Shown in pieces: positions 24,784-40,379 of a DNA stretch of 64,000 bases. The notes beneath the pieces are model-generated. The model was not told the origin of the DNA. It made no database searches and worked only from the letters and a program-made list of their open reading frames with translations. Source of the DNA: Chlorokybus atmophyticus. Its lineage: Eukaryota; Plantae; Mesostigma and Chlorokybus algae. Positions within the stretch are counted from its first letter, which is position 1. Each line of letters starts with the position of its first letter. A program made the translations under genes and the position numbers. The DNA is taken from assembly GCA_009103225.1 (NCBI GenBank), contig RHPI01000008.1, positions 124,001 through 188,000 on the forward strand. The letters are read 5' to 3'.

Positions 24784-25523
24784 ATGGGAGCTAGAGACGG
24801 GGGCAATCTGCATATCTGCGGTTACGGCGGTCAGGCATGCAACTGGCTGAGATGATGCAGGTGATGACAGTCATGCAAGCTGAGAGCGCGCAAGCTAGAC
24901 ATGGGCTGCACCAGTCCATGCTTACTAAAGATGACTTGTAAGCTGTTACGGGTACCTGATTGAGGGAGGTCAACGTGTTGCACTGCGCTCTGAGCGGGAG
25001 CGGGAACATGCAAGCTCTTATAAGGCCGCCCAGCCTGCCTTGTACGGTGAGCAATGCGTATGTTTTACGCCTTGATACGCCATTGCTCTCTGTCGCGATA
25101 GGCTCTAACGTTCAACTGGCTGAGGCGTCTCAAGTTAGCTCTCATTGGTCATCAGCATGCACACTACGTGATGTGACCGAGCGCACAACGTGTGTGAGCG
25201 TGCTAGCTTCCCTGCCACTAGCAGTTGCCTTGGTGATGTGACAGACTACAGACGCTGGGTTTGCGTACCTTTTACGCACTGCTTGGCAGGTTCGTAGCTT
25301 GGTGATGGGACAGTGCACATTCGTTCACGCATGAAGCCTTGACGGGACCGAGCAAGGCATAGTCAGTCGCGCCCAAGCAAATCACAGCTGCTTGTAAGAA
25401 CGCTGCTCATGAGCAGCGGTGCCTGCATTTGCCATGCTGTAGTCATGTGCCTGTGTTTCAACCGAGGAGTGCGGCAAGCAGCAGTGTCCTGCCAGTGACA
25501 AGCCTGGCTTTCATTCAGTTACA

Positions 25524-26526
25524 GATGGACACTGTAGCGACTTCACCATCGCAGTTTCAGGCGAGCGTTTTGCGAATGGGCGAAACCTGTTGCTAGCCCT
25601 GCTGACTGTTGGCCTTCAATCTTGTGTTGGCACGTTGACTAGCCCAGTCAAAGCTTGTGTGCCTTCTGCAGGACAGGAGTTCAGGTTCAGCAAGTGGGTT
25701 CTGGCAAAACACAGCACGGTATTTGCGGACATGTTTGACTTTTGTCCAAGCTCCGCACGGTTGGAGGCCAGTGACGTGAACCCGCAGACATGGAGGTGTT
25801 CCTGAACATGCTGAGCACAGTGGACAGAAAACAGGTTGCCCTTCGTAACATGGTGAGCTCAGGTCTGCCTGTATTGCACAGCCGTGCTAGTATATACCCG
25901 CATGCGATCCGATTGTGCATGAGGTTTTAAGGTGTTGCACAGATACCACTTGTGTAATGTGCACGTTGACTGCGGGACCTGATTGCTGATGTGGCTGCAT
26001 GTTACATCTAGGTGAGCTGCACCACATGTGAAGCCACATCATGAACTAACATTTGGTCAAGGTACACGTGCTGACCGGTGCATGCTTTGTTTGCAGGAAC
26101 AAGCCATGCATGCTGGACCTTGGCCGGAAGTATAATGCTATAAATATACAGCAGCATTGTGAGGAATTTCTTCTGCCGCTGGCCAAGGTTAATCACCAAA
26201 CAGCAAAAATTCTCGTAAATTTCCACGCATACGAAATACAGGAGTTGCGCAAGCTTGCCATAGGGCACTTGCAGAACTTTGATGTTCCTTTGAGTGCCCT
26301 TGTAAAAGAAGAGCTGTCCAAATGCAGAGCGGCAACTGTTTGCGACGTTTACCACCAAAGCTGGCTGAATGCAGAGTGCTCGCGTCTGGTACAGAAGGGG
26401 AGTGGTTCAACACCAGACGGCTGGTTTGAGTTCATCACTGATTTTGATATGCGTAAGTTTATTGCCAAGCTTCAGATGAACACGTGCACTAATAGCCAGA
26501 GTCTTCGGCTGCTTCACAAGTATTGA
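25524..26526 (+). pseudogene. BTB/POZ paralogue (BTB5) with frameshift(s)
   Basis: SDFTIAVSG|QEFRFSKWVLAKHSTVFADMF.., then a 1-nt deficit near 25784 (aacccgcagacatg versus paralogue P-A-D-M) gives an early TGA. The exon-3 phase is also off, and there is no in-frame ATG just upstream. Exon 3 is clearly homologous (MLDLGRKYNAINIQQHCEEFLL). Confidence 0.7.
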
Positions 26527-28290
26527 CTCGGTCTCTCGCTCTACTTTTGAAGTCCCGCTTGCACCCACCCAAGGCCAGACTTGCCCTTAGCCCAGTGATT
26601 ATGGACTAGAGTGAACCCAAGTCATGCTAGTTGGTTTGCTTTCTGATGGAAAGTTTTTATATTGTGCAGGCAAGCTTGCATGTAGGTTGGGCAACAAGTG
26701 TGTGCAGGTGATCTACTGCTCTATAACAATGGATGGCTGTACTTGGTTCAGATAATGTGTCGTGCAAGTACCCTGGCCAAAATATACGCCATGGACATGT
26801 GCTATCCGATGCAAAGAATGTAGCAACGACCCGTATTTTGAGTTGGTCTCATGCTAACACCTCTTGCACAGCATGCTGTTTCACGCACATGCACATCTTG
26901 TCACGTTTCTCACTTGAGGTTGACTGAATGGAAAATGGGGTTATTAATTCGTGCGCACGCTCATGTATGTCCACGCACCCCGTACACACACGCTGCAACC
27001 GTTCGCTGTGCGAGGGCGTACAAACCAATATGCACACCCACTAGATGCTGTGACAGTAGTCGTGCCCCAACTGTGCACATGCTCAGCTGGGCATGAGAAG
27101 GCGACCTAGCATCAGAGTTGCGAACTGCGTAAGCAGAGGTTTGCATTGAAAAGAGGCAGTCCAAGGTAGTAAAGCAACATGTGTGCGAAAGATTGATGGT
27201 GATACAACTGTATGGATGCGTTGCCTGCTGATACAGCCTCCACGTAGCAGCCCAATGCCATTCACACGTCATGGACATGATCCGTCACTCCAAGCGTCAG
27301 AAATCTGCACATGGGTGTCAACGAGGAGTATCGGGCAGGTAAACAACCTGGTACCTGTTGACTCCCCATACATGCAAGGACCGCCATGCTAATTCACACG
27401 ACTGCCCTGATAAGCTGTTTGATGTGAAGTTGCGTGAACTATGGTTGACCTGGTTGCGAACGGTGATGGCAATGCTGCGAGCGACTCACCCAAATAGGCA
27501 CACACACAACATGACAGGCACACACACCTACACACACAGCATTCAGCATTGCATTTGTTGTACACACAAACCTACATACAACTACACTCAAACAGACAAG
27601 CAGAAATGCAGCTGACGCCGTTTCGTAAGCTCGCATGCAGTGCGGGTTGTTGCTGCTGGCCTTGGCAGAACATCTGATAACACAGCACACTCTGTGAGGT
27701 TGTCAAGTGATGTGTTTAGTGCTTATGTGCTGCAAGTCGCAGTGTGCATGCAAGTGTAGCCTTCGTCTGCAGACGTGCACAGCATGAGTCAATTTATCCA
27801 TGTGCGCATGTGCGTGCGCAAGGTATGTGCCAGCATACACTTTGCTGTGAGATACAGAGAGTATGAAGGAGGCAATCAAATGGAGCAGGTTTGTAGCCAC
27901 CAACGACAACGACGACCACCACCACCACCACCACCACCACCACCACAATATGCGTGCAAGATAAAGTCGCAAGCCATTCTAGCAGCACTCTTGCAAACGC
28001 TTTCATCATCGTCCTTCACCTCCTGATCCTCGGCCGCACCGTCATCCTCCTCCCGCCGCCGCCGCCGCCGCCGCGCCTGCTGCCTCTCCACCACCCAGCT
28101 GGTCCTAATTTATATACGTTTGTTCCAATCTGGGGCAGGCTCTTGCTCAGGCGGCGGCACAAGGGGAGGAGGAGGAGGAAGAGGAGCAAGAGGGGGGAGG
28201 TGGAGGCGCTGCTGTGTGTGCAGGCGGGTTGCTGACGAGGTGGTGTAGGTCGGTGGGCTTACTTTTGGCGGCTCGAGAGGGGTTGAGGGG

Positions 28291-28589
28291 GGTGGCTTTG
28301 TGTTGGATGTCTTGTGCAGTAGACGCACGCTGTGTTGCATGAACGTTCGCAGCATGCTTGAATGACTTGTGCTTAATCAGCTGTCATGCAGTGTACAGTA
28401 TCCTTGCCAATGTAAGGTCTGTCGCTCGCTACACAATTTGCCAAGTTGCAGTGCAGGAGTATGCCAAGCTTACACGATTGTTCTCTGTACATGACACATC
28501 AGGTTTGGAGTCACGGTAGGAACACCGCTCGACGTGCGCACACAGTCAACCTGCAGGGACCTTCCGTTATACGTGCATGCTTGCGCGGG

Positions 28590-28592
<3 letters not shown>
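28291..28592. repeat. 302-bp direct repeat, copy 2
   Basis: Identical to 23199-23500. Followed by (GA)n, a single N and a G-run. Confidence 0.9.
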
Positions 28593-28620
<28 letters not shown>

Positions 28621-28740
28621 NGGGGGGGGGGGGGGGGGGGGGGGGGGTGAAGGAGTGTCGGCAGCAGTCAAGGGCAGGCAAGCCAGGCGCACACACACTT
28701 ACAGAGAGAGAGACGGATAGAGGGAGAGAGGGAGAGAGAG

Positions 28741-30016
28741 ATGTCAAAGAAGAACAGCCAGCAGCTGCGGCGACAAGCCCACGCCGCAGCCCTAGCAAGT
28801 GAGTGTCTGTCTGTGTTCTGCGTTGTTCCCATCCTTTGTTGCTGTGATCTTTTTGCCATCAATTTCCTTTTCCCTTCTTAGTTTGACCTCAATCCTTGAA
28901 CTGCTCTGATTAGCAGCACTCACTTTACTGCTCGCGCTTCTGACTGTTCAAATCAAAAGCACGATCCAGAGTGATTATTGCTTCTGGACTGTTTCCTCTG
29001 ACGAAGAGCATATGTCAACGCTCACTGCTTAGGGTTTGTGTGGATCCGCAATGCCATTTGTTGAGAGAAAGAACTCTAAAACAAATAAAATTCCAAAATT
29101 GGAACAAGCAGAGATTCAGGTTGTTAAGGAGCAGCCAGCCGGAGCCTCAAGATTGTATACCTTTGTTTGGTTGTGTTTTAGATTAACTCTTTTTGTTGAA
29201 GTGCTCTGCGTGGAGCACGTGCATGTATGCAGTATGTCATAATGCATATGCACGTTGTCGGCACAATGTTGTGTTCTCAGTAGGCAACGGCTGCTGTCAT
29301 TGGCTAATGTCTGTGCACGTGTGCATTGCAACAGAGGAGAAGGAGTTGCAGCAAAAGGCCGAAGAGAGGAAAAAGAAAAAGGCTGCCAAGACCGTGAGTG
29401 TTCTCATGCTCTTGCACACTGAATCTTGCATGTCTGCATGCAAAAGCATCATACATACTTGCAGAAGTCCGCGCATGCGCATCTTGAATTGAACTTTACA
29501 ACTTCGCAACTCACGTGAGCGAGTGCATATGCATATGCACTCGCGCGCCATGCTTTTTGCGTCATCCAAGGCCTGTGGTGAGAAACGCCACAGTCGTCAT
29601 GCTTGGTAGGTAGCTGTCATGCATATGCGTAACTATAGCGGTTCATTCTGCCAACCATCATTGTACTGACCCTGCACACTAACAATGCACTTCATCACTC
29701 CACAGCATGCAACCCTTACACGCAGTCCGCTGACTTGTTGATTTTTGTATGCTGCTCACCATCTCCTTCGCGCCAATTTACGCTTGTGATGAATGCACGT
29801 GTGATGTATTGCAGCGACAATGATGTTCAACAGTTTATTTCATTCCCTCGCTTGCAGGTTGCCCCTCTGGCGGTGCAGCAGAAGGTGATCGCGAAGAGGC
29901 AACGGCGCAAGGAGGTCAAGCTCGGCAAGAAGAAAGAGGTGGACGCAAAGCCGGCGGGAGGCAAGGCCAAGGCTGCTGCTAAGACCAAAGCTGCTGCTGC
30001 CATGGAACTTGAGTAG
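28741..30016 (+). CDS. Small basic Lys-rich protein, 91 aa; exons 28741-28798, 29335-29393, 29858-30016
   Basis: Canonical splicing gives MSKKNSQQLRRQAHAAALAKEKELQQKAEERKKKKAAKTVAPLAVQQKVIAKRQRRKEVKLGKKKEVDAKPAGGKAKAAAKTKAAAAMELE*. It resembles, from memory, an uncharacterised plant family beginning MSKKN and ending AMELD/E. Confidence 0.75.
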
Positions 30017-30853
30017 CCGCGAGAGTTCGTATTGGAAACAAGATTTCTGGGCACACACAACAGGGGTATACGGCACAGGAAGACATCCACATCCCCCTCC
30101 TTGCAAGGCAATAGCATGCAGCTTAGTCACCCACGCCGCGACATCTTGGAGCACTGGCACCACTTGTCTTCCAGCAATGTTGTTGCATCTATAAAAGTTG
30201 GCCTTTTGCTTGTTGTAGTGGCAAGACGCACTGTATAAAGTATACACGCTCAATACGACATGTATCATGATTGGTCAAGTTTGCCCCACTTGTCGAGATT
30301 GCCACTTCATCGCGTGCACCATTTATAATTCGCAGAGCCAGAGCAGCAGGTGTCATTCCCCAGTTCCTAAAGGGTGTTCTCTCTGGCATGCTTGTAAGAC
30401 AATGAAGCAGGCCATGAGCGCCTCGGACAGTCTTTACAAACGCTTTGGGTACACAACTGGCATAGCGCAGTACTGGAAGTTGTCGCCATATCATTGCCGT
30501 GCATGCCCTTTGTGCTTCGCGCTGAGTATGAGCAGTAAGCTCTGCCAGTCTGCAGGTGTATGCATTTTTCAGTGCTTGATTCTGTGACGTATGACTGGCG
30601 TTGAACTTGCAACCCACCATCAGCTTACTCACTTGCTGTGACCAGTGCTTTTTGTTGGTTACTACCCAGAGCGGTCCATGTCTCCCACTTAAAAGTTTCC
30701 ACCTGGGGTCTCCACAGCTGAGAGTACCACCTAACCAGTGACAACCGATGTAAAAACAGCAGCAAGTCACACGTAGAACCTGCACAGCCTATGTGCGTCC
30801 ACAACAGCAATGCACACTCGCATGCGCACACACGCGCACTTGCGCGCACAAAG

Positions 30854-34991
<4,138 letters not shown>

Positions 34992-35921
34992 GTCTAGCAG
35001 GTGTCTTCAGGTTGGCATAGCTTGATGAGCCTCAGCTGAGTCGTGTTGACTGGTCATCATGAGTTTGTACCCAATCAGGGTTCACGTGCTGTGCACAACG
35101 CACAAGCGGGTCAGCGTGACTGCGCACAACTCTCACGCGTTTGTCAACTGATAAAGTTCACCTAACAACAGTGTTGACAACAAGGCCACTCGAAACCGGA
35201 ACAACGTATGCATGCGCATGTGCTGCATGCCATAAGCTCAACAGCAACTGCCCAAGTCCTTACGGTCACGAGAGGAACAGGTGCAAACGTCCAACGTCCA
35301 GTTGCTGTTGGTCAATTTGTGACCCCAACCAGATGACTCAACCACCGGACTTCCTATGTGTAGTGTGCATGCTGGCTAGCCATAATGGTGTTTATTGCAG
35401 GGTGGGCTTGCTTGACGTCTGTTTACGACGCGATACAAATGTTGGCTTGGTATGGGGGTACCAGGCGAACCCGCCTGTTACTACTGAAGCAACGTAGTAA
35501 GCAAATTTGCTGGCTGCAACGTGGCAGCTGTCCTTGGCCTAGTACAGATGTGAAGCCGACAACTTCTACTGCTACTGCTGCTGCTGCTGCTTTCAACCGC
35601 AAACAGAACGACGACAACAACAACAAGCTGTCCGCATGCTTCAACACCAAAGAATGCTGCACCACAGCTGCAGTTGAGCTCAATGCACAGATGCACAGCA
35701 CACAGCACCTGCTTCCTGGTCTGACTCAGCACGCCTTGCTGCTAGGCATCCTGCTTCCTGCTTCCAGCCTGCCTCCATTGCTGCTATTCACTGGTGCAAG
35801 GTGCAACGTGGGATCCTCCCCCAACACAGATCCAGCATCGTCTATGCACTGAATAGCACAGCTGCACACGGCACCATCCAGCTAGTTCGTCAAGCAATGC
35901 TCGTCACCAACTCGCCTGGTG

Positions 35922-35972
35922 TGGGCCTGGTGTGGGCCCTGGCTGCCGCCGCTGTGGCGAAAATGGCGGGAA
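35922..35972. promoter_or_regulatory. Two site-II-like TGGGCC motifs plus an E2F site upstream of MCM8
   Basis: TGGGCC at 35922 and 35933; GGCGGGAA (TTCCCGCC) at 35965; TGGCGAAAA at 35955. About 1 kb upstream of the MCM8 ATG. Confidence 0.45.
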
Positions 35973-37520
35973 CTTGATATAATCACGTTATTGGGCAGTG
36001 GTATAAGCATGCCCTTGTCAACTTTGGGTACATGGCATGTTGGCACAACATGGATTGATGTGTTCGGTTGGATGGGGGGGCTCNNNNNNNNNNNNNNNNN
36101 NNNNNNNNNNNNNNNNNNNNNNNNNNNNNNNNNNNNNNNNNNNNNNNNNNNNNNNNNNNNNNNNNNNNNNNNNNNNNNNNNNNNNNNNNNNNNNNNNNNN
36201 NNNNNNNNNNNNNNNNNNNNNNNNNNNNNNNNNNNNNNNNNNNNNNNNNNNNNNNNNNNNNNNNNNNNNNNNNNNNNNNNNNNNNNNNNNNNNNNNNNNN
36301 NNNNNNNGAGATGTCCTGCATTATTCTCGTAGGTACAATAACATGATGTTTGCGCTTGTTGCCCTCATTTAGGTATCATCCATGTTCAAAGCGCTTTTGT
36401 ACAAAGCCATGTTGATTGCGTAATATATGATGTTCATGCAGTAAGCGCATTTATACAAGACGGTTATTCATAATTAATGCACTAGACATGTCGATCATAT
36501 GATTATCATTATTATAACACCTGATTCAGTCATTTTTCAGAATTGTATCAACGTGTTTTTATGACAAAGAGGGTGTTCATATGTGACCTACAGATTGTAA
36601 TAAGCCCAATACGTTTTCATATACCGATATACGTTTATGTAGCCAAGCATCTTAACACATTCACATATTACTACCCCCCTTTTAATTATGTCAATTCGGT
36701 GTACTCTATTGCACGTTGTTTAATGGGTATGATCGGTTTAAGTAAACACACGTGTCCAACCATTGGATGTAACAGATAGGATGTAGGGATTGCGGCATGT
36801 GCTAGCATTGCCCTTGACATATTGGACTATAGCAGATACATCATACTATGGCATTGTGCACTACATGTGCAGACAATCCAGACATATAATCGCAATCACT
36901 AAAGAGATGTGCAGCACCCTCAATGGCAAGCAATGATGACTGACGGGGTGGTAGAATGAGACTGGAGTAATGAAGGAGTTGCGTAGCCCGGTGTCAATGT
37001 GGTGATTGGCGTATGATGCTCATCTCTTGATCCAAGAATGTGCATTTGCATTCCGCATTTGATGTACAAATGAATTGAGAACAGTGGATGCATAATTATT
37101 ATGAAGTGCATACCTCGGATAGATCCCATCCAGCAGCTCATTTGTTCATCATGTGCAATAAACCCGCGATGTACCAAGCCAACAACAACACGTGACAGCG
37201 CGATGCTGCAACACAGTCAACACAATATACCCTACAAATTTTTACGAGTCGTACTCACTAAGCACCGGCTTCATCCAGGTAAGCTCCAGCCACGTTCTTC
37301 CACACGAGCAATATCAGCATAAGCGGTAGTCCAAACTAGCAACCCAGATGATGAGCAGTCACACAGTACTCAACCCAAGCTGTTGGACTGCAACACGCAA
37401 CCTATCTTGCACACTCCACTATCCACACTACCAGTACAAACGGCTGGAACTCACCACCGCCAGCTTGCACCACTGCGGGTGAGAATGACATGCAGCGCGC
37501 AACCAGCCTGGTGATCAACA

Positions 37521-39623
37521 TCATTGGGCAGCTGCAAGCAACGCTGCAGCTTCACCCTTGCGCTTTGCCTCAGAGCCCCGCTTGCGTTGCAACCTTTTCT
37601 TGTTCTGGTCAGCTAGTAATATCTCCGACAACTTGCGCTTCATGACTCGCTCCTGCAGAAATGATGTATCAGCTGCACTGCAGTCAGGCAACCCAACATC
37701 TCCACTTCACTTTATCCAGCCGAATATCAGCTGACTTGTGACACAAGCTGAGTCATACCGCAGTCTCAAACCGCTTCTCAAAAACGCCAATGAAGCCGTT
37801 CATCCATTTGTCAGTGTTGGACTGCCATTCTTGTTGAATGTCCCTGCTTTTCAGCATGACATTCTGCACCACTGACTCCAACTGCGCACAAAGTGTAAGG
37901 TTCAAACCAGGCTGCCTGCAGGTTGATGCATGACATCATTCACATCACACCAGCATCTCAACATCAACACCGAGACGCGAGAAGTGACCCACTTGTTTTC
38001 CCATCTTCTCCTGCTGCTCCTTAAGCTTCTGCCGCATCTTGCGGATGCCACCTCGCACCTTCAGTTGCTTCTCCTGGCAGGTTTTGTGTTGTCAGTTTGT
38101 GAGCGCAGTCAATGCTGAACTGCATTGGTATTAGCAGTCTAGAAGCTGACTTGGCTGCTTGCAGAAATGCTCTGAACACTGAACTACTCTGGTGACTACC
38201 TTCACAAAGCTGACGTTCAAATCTTTCCGATTGTAGCCTCGTGACAAGTTTCTCAAGACATACTCATTATAGTCTCGCACAATGCGCATGATGAGGTCGG
38301 ATGTTGACACGCCATCTGTGCGATGTGTCTCTTTGAACTTGCCCGCGGCTTTCACCTGCAGGACGCACTGTGAGCGCCTGCCAGTATTGCAAACAAAGTA
38401 TTCTGCGTTCACTGAGGTCCACTATTTATGATGGTCTATAACGCAACAAAACTATCCAGCACGAACCAAGCATCGCTCACGCTGCTACCACGATTCTGAC
38501 TTTATCAGCCACGGAGCGATTCACGCAACTTACCCAGCCATACACATCATTGCAGGTGCCAGAAGCGTCTGCATACCTGCAATGCAACAGAACTCAGAAA
38601 CTTAGGAGAGTTATGTTGCAGAGACAAGGGCCAGGCACAGCAACTCGGTGAGAAGGAGCCATGCATGCGGTATCAGGAACGCTGCTATAGAGACAAGCCT
38701 TCTTACGGCAGTGCGTCATGGCAAACAAAGTCGATCTGATGCTCATCCAAGAACTCCTGTGTGATCACCCAAGGGGCATCTTCGACCACCTCATCAACCC
38801 ATCTGCATTGCGGGAAATGGTGTTAAAGATGACGGCCAGCCCGGTTTTACACTTGTATGTACAGAGATCAACAGCTAGCATTGCATGCCTGTGGCAGCAC
38901 AATCTTGCACCAAGCAGCAAATCTGTCATTTTCAGGAACGATTTGCATGCGAGTTGCGAGAGCTGCCTGTAAGACATGGCGATGCTCTGACGTGCTACAA
39001 GCAAGACATTGAACTTGTGGGCACTGAGATGACGTACTTGCAATGCCGTAGCGACTCATAGCGTTCCTGCTCAGTCATGACCGTCTTGCCTTTGTATTTC
39101 CTTGTCAATGCATCGCTACAGCAGCCAACCAACAGATACGTGCTTGGAAACCTGACAAGCCTGTCAGCGGTGGATTGCCAAAGATAACACGATGCGAGGA
39201 ATCGAACTGAATTGTGGCCACGTACGAGAGTTTTGCTTGTTGCAAGGCTTTTGCATGGCCAAAGTGGAACAAGTCAAAAATCCCGTCCGCATACACCCTC
39301 ACTGGTCGGTCCTTCGGTGGCTCTTGCATTGGAACATTGCCGGCAGCCTGGGCTGCCGCTGTAGCAGCCTGCACAGCGGCGTCTGCCTCGCCCTGCTCTT
39401 CGTCACCACTGCTAGTGGAAGCATCCTGGCCTTGAAAAGACTCAAAACTGCCACTCCCACTGCCACTGCTCCTGCCACTGCTGGGGCTACTGCTGGCAGC
39501 AGCAGCGTCAGCACCACCGTTACCGTCCGCGTTCTGCTCCGCCACCAGCGCAGTCGCCAACAGCTTCACGTCAGCAGCCACGGCTTCGACAGCAGCCTCC
39601 TGCAAGCTCCTGGCGTCTGGCAT
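37521..39623 (-). CDS. CCT: CTP:phosphocholine cytidylyltransferase
   Basis: [60 protein letters not shown]|[41 protein letters not shown]; in-frame GT-AG introns. Confidence 0.92.
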
Positions 39624-40379
39624 GCCTGTACCAGCGCTGTAACGCTCACCACAGGCGACTTCAACGCCAATTACGCCCAGCAAAAAATTACAAGACTCTA
39701 CACGACACAACCCGTGGTCGACCACGACAGCTCCGCGAACACCGCCACCGCCGCCGCCCACCTCGTCGCCGTCGTCCCCCGAATTGCTCAGCTCAGCGTT
39801 AGAGCAGCAATTTGCCGTAAATGAGCAGCGTTGCAGCTACAACGCTGTCCTGCGCTCTAGAACGTTTTCCAAACCGTCCGAACCGTCAGCGTTGTCGTGC
39901 GGCGTAACTGTAGAGGAAACACGCGGGGGTTCTGGGGAAAGTTTCTCGCGGTTTCCTCTCAACTCGGCTTGCTCTGGAAAATTTGGCGGGGGGTCGCTTT
40001 GTCTTGCTGTGGAACGTGCTGCAGCGTTGTGCCGGCTGCACGTGCCGTACAGGGGTTCGCGCCGGCTAGCACCGGCTGCAATCACGGCTGCAGGGGATTC
40101 TATAGGGCAAGGCGGCTAGATGAGGCGGCTGACCGGCTGCCCGTGCCGGATTCATGGATCTTATGACGGGATTCACGATGAATCATTCATCATTATGCAT
40201 TATTCATGGGATTTTGGGATCCAGCTCAAGCCCTCGAAGCGTCGACCAATAGATGGCATAGACCCTCAGCTCCAATCTATGAATCAAGGCTTGATTCTGA
40301 TTATCAAGCTGTGCATCTTGCGGAGTGTCAATCTATCACTAACAGTATTTTACTGTACATCATGATACAGTAACAGACA

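Noticed and set aside
28799-29334. Intronic snoRNA candidate in the small basic gene
   Set aside because: The C/D-like boxes are too close together, and the H/ACA-like hairpins lack a correctly placed ACA box.
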